A DNA stretch of 64,000 nt, taken from positions 263,686,001 to 263,750,000 of the forward strand of contig OZ024743.1 of the NCBI GenBank assembly GCA_964016885.1, read 5' to 3'. Position 1 is the stretch's first letter, and each line of letters starts with the position of its first letter. This stretch comes from Eledone cirrhosa. Lineage: Eukaryota. A program made the position numbers and the translations under genes. The notes under the pieces were generated by a model. It was not told the origin of the DNA. It saw nothing but the letters and a program-made list of their open reading frames with translations, and did not search any database. Positions 49,486 through 60,883 of this stretch are shown here, in pieces.

Positions 49486-52412
49486 CATCAAAATGGGCAC
49501 TTTGAATGTGAGGACTATTCGGACGCTGGAGAAGAGAGAGGAGTTGGGACATCTGTTCGAGGAGAGTGGTATACAGATACTTGCTATCCAAGAACACAGG
49601 ATCCTACACAATGTGCCCGTGAGGAGTGTGATGATTGGGAAGAGGAGCCAGCTCATCACCACATCGGCAGTGAGGAACATGACCAATGCTGCAGTGGGAG
49701 GAGTGGGTTTTGTTTTCAGCACAAAAACCAGTCTATTGGTGAGGGAAATAATGCCTGTCGCCCCGTGAGTGTTTAGGGTGACCTTCAATGGAAACCCAAA
49801 ACTGACAGTCATCTCAGCCTATAGACCAACGGAGGGAGACAGTGATGTGAGCGCGGAAGTGTTCCATGAGGAGGTGTATAGAGCTGTCAACGCCACACAA
49901 GCACACAACATCCTGCTTGTTTTGGGCGACTACAATGCACATCTGAGTAAGGAGGGCAGTGAAGATCCTTGCTGGTACTTCCATAACAACACCAACCGAA
50001 ATGGAAGACTACTGAAAGACACCCTGCTGGAGGCGAACTTGATAGCGACCAACCTAAGGTTTAGGAAGATTCCGGGGAAGATGTGGACCTACATCTCAGA
50101 TATGCACCTGTCCAAGTCCCAGATTGATTTCATTCTGGTAAGGAAAAAGTGGCGGAATAGTATTCTGAACACAGAACCATACAACTATTTCAGTACACTA
50201 GGTAGTGACCACCGGCTTGTTATGAGTGAGGTCCGGGTGAGCTTAAGAAAGTGAAAGGCTCATCCCTGGAGAGCAATCTATGACTGGGGATCTTTCAAGG
50301 AAGATGATAAGCTACAGGAGAGGTTCACAGTGGAAGGGAGGAACAGGTTCAGTGCTCTGTGTGGAGAGACAGAGGAGAGAGAGATTGAATGGACTGTGGA
50401 GAGTGTGACGAGGAGGTACGGGAACTTCCCCAATGCAGTGGCGGAAGCAAGTGAGACCCTGCTGCCGAGGAAGCACATCAAAAGGAAGCACGTCAGCTCT
50501 GCAAATTCAAAAGTGTGTGCAGCCAGAGAAAACCTGAAAGCTGCCAAAGACCATTCTATGCTGATCCTACGGAGGAAAGGATGGAGACTGTGGAGGTGAT
50601 GAGGGAAGAACTCTGTACCGCTTACACTGAAGCCAGAGAGGAGGTACTGATAGAGAAGATTAGAAGTGTGGAGAGAGCGATTGACAGATCTGGATGTAAG
50701 GAGAGCTGGATGATCATCAACGAGATCACAGGGAGGAAGAGAAGGTGTTCGAGTCAGATCCAGGAAACAGGGCCCGAGGATAGGAAGAGGAAATGGCTAG
50801 ACCATTTTAGAACCCTACTAGGAGAGCCACCCTCCATAGCCCAGAGCACTGGGGAGATCAGGCGGCTGTTTGAAGAACTTGATATTGAGACAGAGCCCTT
50901 CACCAGAGATGAACTTCAGAGAGCCAAGAAGAGGACCAAGGAGGGCAAGGCTCATGGAGAAGATGGAGTGGCATGAGAGGTGATGAAGAGGTGTGATTTT
51001 GATGATAGCATCCTGGTGTTCTGTAACAAATCACTGGAGAAAGGAGTTACCCCGAATCAGTGGAGGATCAGTAACATCGTCCCAGTGCCAAAGAAGGGAC
51101 ATCTCTCTAACACCAACAACTTCAGGGGGATCTCACTGACGTCATTTGTGGTAAAGACCCTCAACAAGATGATTCTTAACAGGATCCAGCCTGAGATGGA
51201 GAAGAAGCTCAGGGACAACCAGCACGGCTTCAGAGAGGGAAGATCAACCACCAGTCACATCCTGATGCTGAGGAGGATATTAGAAGGAGCTAGAGCAAAG
51301 TGCCTTCCTGCGGTCATGGTTTTCATTGACTTTAGGAAGGCCTTTGATTCTGTGGACCGTCACTGCCTGATAAAGATCTTACAGGCTTATGGAATCCCCA
51401 AGAAGATAGTGGACCTGATATCACTGCTCTACACCAACACCAAAGCCCAAGTCATTACACCTGATGGGATGACAGAGTTCTTTGACATATTGGCTGGAGT
51501 GCTCCAGGGAGATACATTGGCTCACTACCTTTTTATCATCGTAGTGGACTATTGTATGCGCCTAGCACTGGAGAAACACCAGGACTCTGGCTTTACTGTA
51601 GCACCGGCTCAGAGCAGGAGAGTTAAGGCGATAAAGATATCAGAAGCTGAGTTTGCCGACGACATAGTTTTGGTGACAAATACAGTGAAGGAGGCAGAGG
51701 ATTTGATGCGGGAGGTTGAGACTGTGTCGACGAGTGTGGGGCTGAGAATGAATGAGACTAAAACAAAATATCTGGTAGAGAATGTTGAGAAGCCAGAGGG
51801 GATCACTAATGTAGGCGGGAAGCTTCTAGAACTGGTTCATGACTTCCTGTATTTGGCCGCAAAGATTGGGAATACGGAAGATGGTGTGGTTGAGAGGAAG
51901 AGAAAAGCCTGGGCGGCGTACCACAGCTTGAGATCGGTGTGGAAGTCGGACCTTCGTAAAGACCTGGAAATCCGCCTCTTCATTGCTGTAGTGGAGTCTG
52001 TTTGGCTGTACGGGTCTGAGACTTGGACACTGACCAAGAAACTCACCCAGATGGTGGATGGGTGCTACACGAGAATTCTGAGGATGGCTCTGAACATTAA
52101 TCATAATACACTGAGGATGAAAAACTCAGAGCTGTATGGGAACCTCCCAAAAGTCAGCTCAAAAGTGACACAGAGGAGACTGAGGTTAGCTGGACATGCT
52201 CACCGACATCCAGAGTTGACATTGCACTCAGTGCTCCTGTGGGAGCCCCTACATGGACACACTGGAAGAGGAAGACCAAGGTTAACATATGTTGATGCCC
52301 TAAGGAGAGACACTGGTCTGTTGGAAACGCATGACATGGCAGCGATAATGAGGGACAGAGACCGCTGGAGAGAACTCGTCCATGGATCTCGGGAATTTTA
52401 CCCGCCCTAGAA
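49486..52412 (+). mobile_element. RTE-superfamily LINE, near-complete APE-RT ORF, disrupted
   Basis: GTLNVRT, LAIQEHR, LGDYNAH, QIDFIL and GSDH (APE). NFRGISL, FIDFRKAFDSV, GVLQGD, FADD, YGSETW and RLAGH (RT). TGA stops near 49765, 50252 and 50974, plus frameshifts. (TA)n on both sides. Confidence 0.92.
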
Positions 52413-52420
52413 AAATATGT

Positions 52421-52457
<37 letters not shown>

Positions 52458-52498
52458 CGAAACATAAGTCAATTGCATGAACACATAATCCTTTATTT

Positions 52499-52554
52499 AC
52501 TGCTATATATATTTTGATGATAGCCATCGAATGGCTATGACCTCATCAGGCAGT
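52499..52554 (-). ncRNA. HHR of the 6379 family, G12 mutated (probably inactive)
   Basis: actgc CTGATGA ggtcatagccat-tcg-atggctatcatc AAAA tatata TA gcagt. Confidence 0.65.
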
Positions 52555-52680
52555 TAGTCAATTCTTAGATATGCCAGCTCTGTGTTTATGGTGTTGATGG
52601 TATCAAAGCCTTGGGAATATATATATATGTATATATATATGTATGTATACATACACAAATATATATATATATATATATAT

Positions 52681-53075
52681 AAAGTAAGAATATTTTCGAA
52701 ACAGCGAGTGGGTTTGAAATTATTAGAAATGTAAGCTATCGCCGTATTTTGACTAAAGAAATTAAAGAAATTATTTAGCCTGATAGTGGGGTTATCTTTG
52801 GTTATCCAGACCAATGTGCTACCATTACACCAATACACATCTAGTCTCCTTCCATTCGAATTAGAAGACTGTGCTACCATTTACACCAACACATCACCCG
52901 TCTATTTCCATTCAAATTAGAAGCTATAAACTTAGCGACTGTAATGTCAAGTAAGAATATTTTCGAAACAGCGAGCAGGTTTGAAATTATTATAAATATA
53001 AGCTATCGGCATATTTTGACTATAGAAATTAAAGAAATTATTTAGCCTGATAGTGGGATTAAGGTGTGGGTTCGT
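52681..53075. repeat. Partial tandem repeat (~270 bp) containing a tRNA-like segment
   Basis: aagtaagaatattttcgaaacagcgag..tagcctgatagtggg occurs twice. Homolog of 58598-58938. Confidence 0.7.
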
Positions 53076-53145
53076 CTATTTTGGTTCCTTACCATATTTC
53101 CTTCGTTATATATATAAATATATATATATAGTTTTAATATAGATG

Positions 53146-53196
53146 AGATTCTACAGAACTAGAACTGTTTCATTCTTTAGAAATCATCAGGAATCT
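53146..53196 (-). ncRNA. Type I hammerhead ribozyme
   Basis: agattc CTGATGA tttc-taaa-gaat GAAA cag-ttctagtt-ctg TA gaatct. A decayed homolog lies at about 10716-10760. Confidence 0.75.
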
Positions 53197-53669
53197 GGCT
53201 TTCCAAAAATAAATAAATGTTGTGTTATTTATATCTCTTTTCAGGTGGTAGGAGAGTGTGGGGAGTGGGATGGGTAGAGGTCATTGGTTGATAGAAAAAG
53301 GAATTCATTAAAAGCTAATTCTTTAAAGCTATAATTTATATTTAGAGTGACAAAGGCAGAAAGAATTCTATAAACAAGTTCAGAATGGGATGCCACTCCT
53401 TATTTTTAAGTTTCTCTTAAGCTAACAATGCCTATATTTCAGGTGTCTATAAGATCGTTAGGTCGGTCATGGTTGATGGATTTAAAGAAAAGGGAAATTC
53501 TTTAAAAGCTAATTCTTTAAAATTCTACTTAGAGTGACAAAGGCCAAGCGAATTCTATAAATCAGTTCAAAATATTGGGTGCCTATCATATCATTATTGT
53601 CATGTTTCTCTTAAGCTATATTCCAGGTGTCAACAGACACATTCACATACACACACACACACACACACA

Positions 53670-53833
<164 letters not shown>

Positions 53834-54040
53834 TACACATATATATAGATATGGTGGCTGCCAACTCGTTTTCGAGTACGGCCACTACTTTATATCCATG
53901 TAGGAGCACCCCTACCGATGCGCTGAACGAGTGTCATTTTTAGTCCAGCCAGCGACTTGAAAACTCTGGTATAAACACTACACTTGTGACAATTATTGAC
54001 ACATAGTGCTGGGCCCATGGTACCATGTGACGACAAGTGC

Positions 54041-54071
<31 letters not shown>

Positions 54072-54168
54072 CACCCACCTGACATATATATATACATACA
54101 TACACACACATACATATATATATATATACATATACACAGATATATATATATATGCATATATATATATG

Positions 54169-54222
<54 letters not shown>

Positions 54223-54332
54223 TATGTGTATATGTATATATATATATATATGTGTATATGTATATATATATATATATGTATATATATGTATATATATATG
54301 TATATGTGTATATATGTATATATATGTGTGTG

Positions 54333-54375
<43 letters not shown>

Positions 54376-54381
54376 ACATAC

Positions 54382-54437
<56 letters not shown>

Positions 54438-54440
<3 letters not shown>

Positions 54441-55250
54441 CAGGTTTAGCAAATAATGAAAGAGTTTCAAAATAAATTTTAAAAAATTGACTTTACCTAC
54501 TATAGTTACCTTTACCGAATCGGTTTCGAATCTCAAAAATAAACAGAGACCATACGGCCTTCGTTGCAAAGAAAGATTCTCGTCAGAAGGTTCTTTTCAT
54601 TCGAAGAATATAAAATTCTTGAATTTAAATTACGAACTAGCGCTATCCAAAACTGTTCCCGAGATGAGAGTAAATGAAGTGGAATCAATTTTTTCAAGGG
54701 CCGAAAGTAAAGATAGAGGCAGAGGGAGGTAGGTCAATTGGCCACCACTACCACTAGCAGCAGTTGGAACGACCAAATTTTTTCTCAACATAGAGGAGGA
54801 TAGTAATAATAGGATATGTGTTCCTACACGCACAAAGCGCTAAGGGACACATGTATTGTCCAACCATATACCAATGTGGTTCAATGGCAGGTTACTAAAT
54901 TAACGAGCCAGAACATATATAATCAGGTTTAGCAAATAATGAAAAAGTTTCAAAATAAATTTTAAAAAATTGACTTTACCTACTATAGTTACCTTTACCG
55001 AATCGGTTTCGAATCTCAAAAATAAACTGAGACCATATGGCCTTCGTTGCAAAGAAAGATTCTCGTCAGAAGGTTCTTTTCATTCGAAGAATATAAAATT
55101 CTTGAATTTAAATTACGAACAAGCGCTATCCAAAACTGTTCCCGAGATGAGAGTAAATGAAGTGGAATCAATTTTTTCAAGGACCGAAAGTAAAGATAGA
55201 GGCAGAGGGAGGTAGGTCAATCGGCCACCACTATCACTAGCAGCAGTCGG
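54438..55250 (-). mobile_element. Retrozyme-like tandem repeat (483-bp unit, ~1.7 copies) with two intact HHRs
   Basis: Units start at 54438 and 54921. HHRs at 54508-54591 and 54991-55074 read acctt CTGACGA gaatct..agattc GAAA ccg-att-cgg TA aaggt. Embedded in (TA)n. Confidence 0.8.
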
Positions 55251-55264
55251 ATATATATATATAT

Positions 55265-56048
55265 ATATATATATATTTTTATTTGTCTGACCCGAAATAC
55301 TTGGTCGTTTTTATGGCTGTGCGGATGATTGTTTAACCATCGTCTCAGTGTGTTTGGCCTTTAACTTATGTTGTAGCTCTGGTTCAGCTGAATCATTGAG
55401 CGCTTGCCACACATCTCGGAAGTTGTTTTTCGTTAATTCAAAAAGCCGAAATACGATTCTCGCTAATTTATATTTGTATTAATCTACAGAGTCTAGCTAT
55501 TGACCAGTTAATTTTCTTGATTTTTTTAGTTGATTCTATTGACTGATGAATAGCTATGTTAACTTATGACTATTCTGTTGAGAGCTTAATTCGTTTTGTG
55601 ATGTTTTGCATTCTTGCAATAATATACACTTGCTGAATTCATCCGCCTAAAATAAGGGTTGCCTCCCTTGCCGAGCCCCACGTGGGGTCGGTAACGGTCA
55701 TTCCTTAAATTAGCACTCGAACTAAAACCTGTTGAAAAAGTGGCTTCTTTGTTCAATCATCTTACCAGAAGCCTAACATTATTTGTGTAAGCGGACAGTA
55801 CTTGATTTAGGAGTCGCAGAAACCCAAATGCTGGATTTTACCAACCATCCAGGGGTCCGGGTAAATTTTTTCAATCACATATATTTTTATTTGTTTGACC
55901 CGAATTACTTGGTCGTTTTTATGGTTGTGCGGATGATTGTTTAACTATCGTCTCAGTGTGTTTGGCCTTTAACGTATGTTGTAGCTCTGGTTCATCTGAA
56001 TAATTGAGCGCTTGCTACACATCTCGGAAGTTGTTTTTCCTTAATTCC
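55265..56048 (-). repeat. ~175-bp direct repeat (period ~620 bp) abutting a PLE
   Basis: 55265-55440 is repeated at 55884-56048. A diverged homolog lies at 49105-49305. Confidence 0.7.
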
Positions 56049-57510
56049 ATATTATTATCTTGGAGGTCCCAGATGTGGCCCGAAAGTGTAGTGGCATGTA
56101 GCCGCACCGGGTTTCGGTAAGTATGTCGGTGCTGGTAGAGCCGGGTCTTGAAGTCACACGCGGTTAATACTATATAAGCTTTGTTGGAGGTGTCCGTCCT
56201 CACCTTGCACTGATAGATCACGTTACGTTCTCGGCATTTGTTGTTGAGGGGGCACGTAGATCTATCAGGGCAGTTACACCCCCTGGTCGGCTCTCCACTG
56301 ATGTCTAGCTTATTTCTTCCATAGGGGTTGAGTTTTTTGTTGTTTGAGGAGACGATATTTTGTGCGAAGTTAGGTGTGGTGTTGTAGGAGAGTTTGATGG
56401 AGTTTTTGTTGATTATGTTGTGGTAGCGGTGTTGTAGTGGGAAGTGCTTTTCGAGGAGTCTAAAGAAGATTTTCCCGATAGATGTTGCCACCTCGGCATT
56501 ATGGGGAGGATTGAATCACGTTATGTTGCGTGAGCGGCAGTGTTGCCTGCTGGATCCGCTAAGGGAAGATGGATAAAAGGATATTTCCTCCCGGAAGCCA
56601 CTCCGCTTGAGGGCCTGTTTGTAATGAGGCGCGTGTTCGTCGAATATTTGCTCATTAGCGGACAAACGAGATATGCGGAGGGAGTTGTTTTTAACCAGGT
56701 TATTGGTGATGTTTCTAGGATGGTTAGAGCGGCGGTGGATGTAGTGCAAGTTGTCATTTGGTTTCCTGTATGGGTAGTACAGATCATTTTCGAGGTTACG
56801 GGTAACGTCCAGGAAATTGACTCGGGTTAGGGACGTTTGTAGGGTGATTTCATATCCCCAGTCCCGGAAGAAGTTGATTAGTTGTTTACGGACCCGGTCT
56901 GTACTACTGGGGTTGTACCCTTTGAGGGTGAGGAGCCCATCATCCCGGTACAATCAAAACACTTCCCACTACAAAAACACTTCCCACTACAACACTGCTA
57001 CCACAACATAATCAACAAAAACACCATCAAACTCTACTACAGCACCACACCCAACTTCGCACAAAACATCGTCTCCTCAAACAACAAAAAATCAACCCCT
57101 ATGGAAGAAATAAGCTAGACATCAGTGGAGAGCTGACCAGGAGGTGTAACTGCCCTGATAGATCTACGTGCCCCCTCAACAACAAATGCCGAAAACGTAA
57201 CGTGATCTACCAGTGCAAGGTGAGGACGGACACTTCCAACAAAGCTTATATAGGATTAACCGCGTGTGACTTCAAGACCCGGCTCTACCAACATCGACAT
57301 ACTTTCCGAAACCCGGTCTGGCGACATGCCACTACACTTTCGGGCCACATCTGGGACCTCCAAGATAATAATATAACCTACAATCTCACTTGGAGCTTAC
57401 TGTCCAAAGCTAACTCTTACACGGGAGGACGCCGTCCGTCTAACTTATGCTCGGAGGAAACATTACAAATGCTGTTTTCGAAGGACCAACTCCTAAACAA
57501 GAAAGAGGAC
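56043..57510 (-). mobile_element. Naiad-like PLE (RT C-terminus plus GIY-YIG) with inverted duplicate arm
   Basis: Minus strand YRDDGL, VNFLDV, YPYRKPN, SNHP, RNIT*FNPP, CNCPDRSTCPLNNKC and VIYQC. The plus arm 56975-57510 duplicates the 3' part in reverse. Confidence 0.88.
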
Positions 57511-58537
57511 CTGCCCCTTGTATAGGAGCACTTTTGGAACAGAATAGAAAGAACTGGGAATAAGGTTATTAGAATAAAATCATGGTATGATAGCAATGAA
57601 TACCAGAGTGTAATGGTCATCAATACAACCCCTAGAGGTGAATTAACTTACAAATTTAGAAGGGCCCTAGATAAACATAAACTCAATATTAAGAGAGTAG
57701 AAAGACCAGGTACCTCCATAAAAACACTTATTAGCAATACATACCCTTTTCAAAGACCCCTTGTATAGATAAGGAATGTATAATCTGTAAACTAAGCTCC
57801 CATATTAACTGTAAAACTAGAAATGTAGTATATAGCATAAGATGTACTGAAGGGCAATGTAGAGATAAGAATATAGTGTACATAGGTGAGACAGCTCGTA
57901 GTATAGGAGACCGGATACATGAGCACTGGCGAGAGCTTCAAGATAGAAAAGAATCATCTGTACTCCACCAACATGCTAAAATAGAACATAAGGGTAAATT
58001 AGAGAACATAGAAATAAAAATAGAATCTACACACAGAACAGACGCAATGTTTAGACAAATCACAGAGGCAATAAACATAAATGAACTCCAACCAAAATTA
58101 AATAGAAAACATCAATGGAATAGCAACATCACAACTTACAATTAAGGACAAAATGAAAACACACACACACATAGAACAAACAACCAACCAGTAACATGTA
58201 AATAAACAAATAAATAAACAATTATAAACACACACAGACACCCAGATGTAACACATGCGCAAACTAAGCACACAACACACACAAAAACAAGATGGCGTAG
58301 GACAGAACAAAGCGAGGCACAAAACAAAGAAAAGAATCCCCAGTCACTGAAGAGGTCACAGAATGTGTGACGAAAGAACTTTGACAACATATGAACAACC
58401 CTCCGGTTGTGGAACCAACCAACCAACCGGAAATTTATAAATTCTTAAATTTATAAATTTAATTTTTAATAAATTGGAGTGAAAGCAACTCGTGCGTATG
58501 TTTCTTATTGGCCACATGACTCTCCCAAAGCATAACA

Positions 58538-58540
<3 letters not shown>
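57510..58540 (+). mobile_element. Nematis/Neptune-like PLE 3' fragment with HHR (58343-58385)
   Basis: PLYR..WY..TPRGEL..VERPGTSIK, CIDKECIIC, CKTRNVVY.I.C, YIGETARSIGDRIHEH and RQITEA. The 3' UTR holds an HHR and ends in (TA)n. Confidence 0.85.
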
Positions 58541-58598
<58 letters not shown>

Positions 58599-58761
58599 AG
58601 CAAATAATAAATGTAAACATGTAAGTATGTTTTTGAAACGGTGCGCGAGTTTGAAAATTAGAAATTAGAAATTATAAGCTTTCACCGTATTTTAGACTAA
58701 AGAAATTTCTAGCCTGATAGTGGGGTTTATAACCCTCGGAGAAATGGAAAAAGATGAGTGT

Positions 58762-58834
58762 TGCCGTACATGGTAGTCGAACCCACATCTTTGGTTATCC
58801 AGACCAATGTGCTACCATTACACCAATACACATC
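58762..58834 (-). other. tRNA-like (pseudo-tRNA) segment inside a tandem repeat
   Basis: Minus strand has an A-box-like tggtgtaatgg, an anticodon arm ttggt-ctggata-accaa and a B-box ggttcgact. The acceptor stem is imperfect. Confidence 0.55.
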
Positions 58835-58954
58835 CCGTCTCCTTCCATTCGAATTAGAAGCTATGAACTTAGCAAGTGAATAATAAACAAGCAAATTATA
58901 AATGTAAACATGTAAGTATGTTTTTGAAACGCTGCGCGTACATATATATAGAAT

Positions 58955-60880
58955 ACGTAGAATAACCAGATCACTTTCAAGATCTCAACAGAGATTACCC
59001 ACAAGAAACTGTGCGAAAAAGACGATCTAAACCTGAAAGCAAACCTAGGTCATTTCCCCAGATTGTTAAAAATAATGTCAACAAGAAATGGAAAAATAAT
59101 ATACATAATTCCAAAAATAAGACAAAAAACATAACGAAACCAAATATAATATCACGACCAAAAGTTTATCAAGCAAACACTAACAGGAATATAAATACCG
59201 AACAGAGAAAAATCCATTTTTTAACGTCAGGACAACAAAAAACCGGAAAAAGAAAAACTCCAGGAGGAAACATACCCAAAACAACTGTACACGTAGATCC
59301 TAAAATAATTAATTTATCCAAAAGAGATCTTGACAATGATGAAATGCAAATTCTGTCAAAAGGACTGAAATTCACACCGACTCCAACAGTCAACCACCAA
59401 GAACTGAAGGAGGATACCCAAGAATTCTGTAGAAAATTACGTCTTGTAGAATTCTTCGCTGATAAAAGTAATGAGAGTGATGAATCACTAGTAAAGAATA
59501 AATCAAATTTCACTCCGCCAAAAGAAAGAAATATCTATCTCGACCAATACATTGACATCCTGTCTAAATTTCATCTTAGACGTAATATTAATGTCAGGCC
59601 AAACATTAACAAATCAGAAATGTCTGCACTTAAACGTATACAAAATGATAAAACAATAATAATTAAACAAGCAGATAAAGGGGTGCAGTTGTTATAATGG
59701 ATGCTGAATACTACAAATATTTGGTTGAGGAACAACTGAAAGACACGACATTCTATCATGAAATACCGTCAAATATAGACCACAACATCATGAAGAAGAT
59801 TAACAACCTGGCTTCAAAATACCACAACTCATTTACTGATAAGGAAAGAGAGTACATCACCCATTTTGAGCCAAAACCCAGCAACCTGTATGGCCTACCG
59901 AAAGTTCAAAAGTCAAAAGAAATACAACTGGCAGTAAAAGAAAAAAACAGTGAGTACATTAAATTACTACACCCAAAAGACTTAAAACTTAGATCTATTA
60001 TAGCTGGTCCAATATGCCCTACCCGCCGACTAAGCAATTTTGTTGACATTATTTTGAAACCACTATGTATTCACATACCCAGTTTCATCCGGGATGATAT
60101 CGACTTCCTGTCCCATTTTCCCCAAACCACGGAAATGAATTCACTTCTACTTAGCTTTGATGCGGTAAGCCTTTACACCATCATTACACATGATTTAGGA
60201 ATACAGGCGGTTAAATACTGGGTGGAAAAACATAGAGAAGTGATTCCCACCAGATTCACAGCGCCATTTATATTAGACGCAGTCAAACTTATTCTGGAAA
60301 ACAATACTTTCTTCTTCAGTGGAAAGAATTACATCCAAATTAGAGGCACAGCGATGGGAACGAATCTCTAGATACTCTGGATGAGTTCAATATCCTCTTA
60401 AATAACCTACACCCATCTCTCCAATTCATGAAAGAGATGAGTAGTACCAAATTACCATTCCTAGATATAATGGTAATCAAAATCGACACCACCATTACCA
60501 CGGATATATATTATAAACATCAGAATTTTAAGTCGTGCCATCCACCTCATACAAAACGCAACATCCCATACTGCCTAGCCAGAATAATTTGTACCATTGT
60601 AGAAGATACGAATACCAGGAACAAACGCCTAACAGAACTAAGAGAATTTTTGCTAAAACAAAAATACCCATCTCTTGTTATAGAACATGGCATACAGCGG
60701 GCTATAAAAATTCCTATACAACAACTTCGGACAACCCAAGGAAGAAGAAACCAAGAACTGGTCATACCATTTATAATGACACATAACCCATGTCACCAGA
60801 ATATCTTCAACACTGCCAAAGCAAACCTACTGATCATTGCTCAAAGTAATGAATTAAAAGGCATAATCACAGATAGATCT
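58955..60880 (+). mobile_element. Neptune-like PLE reverse transcriptase, disrupted and internally deleted
   Basis: IINLS..LSKGLKFTPTP, IIKQADKG, LYGLPKVQK, SFDAVSLYT, YIQIRGTAMGT, LPFLD and SCHP. The catalytic DD region is missing. Confidence 0.88.
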
Positions 60881-60883
60881 TTG

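Noticed and set aside
54487-55215. Duplicated 81-aa ORFs
   Set aside because: They are a by-product of the 483-bp repeat, start at TTG, lie antisense to the HHR and show no recognisable domain.
55495-55560. CTGATGA inside a hairpin
   Set aside because: No correctly placed GAAA or stem III was found.
56516-56518. In-frame TGA in a Naiad-like PLE as possible selenocysteine
   Set aside because: It replaces the conserved Trp of the WFNPP motif (TGG to TGA), not a Cys, and no SECIS was recognised. The TGA near 61733 likewise replaces an Arg codon present in the sister arm.
58762-58834. Functional tRNA gene
   Set aside because: The acceptor and T stems have mismatches, the anticodon and variable arm are inconsistent, and it lies inside a repeat.
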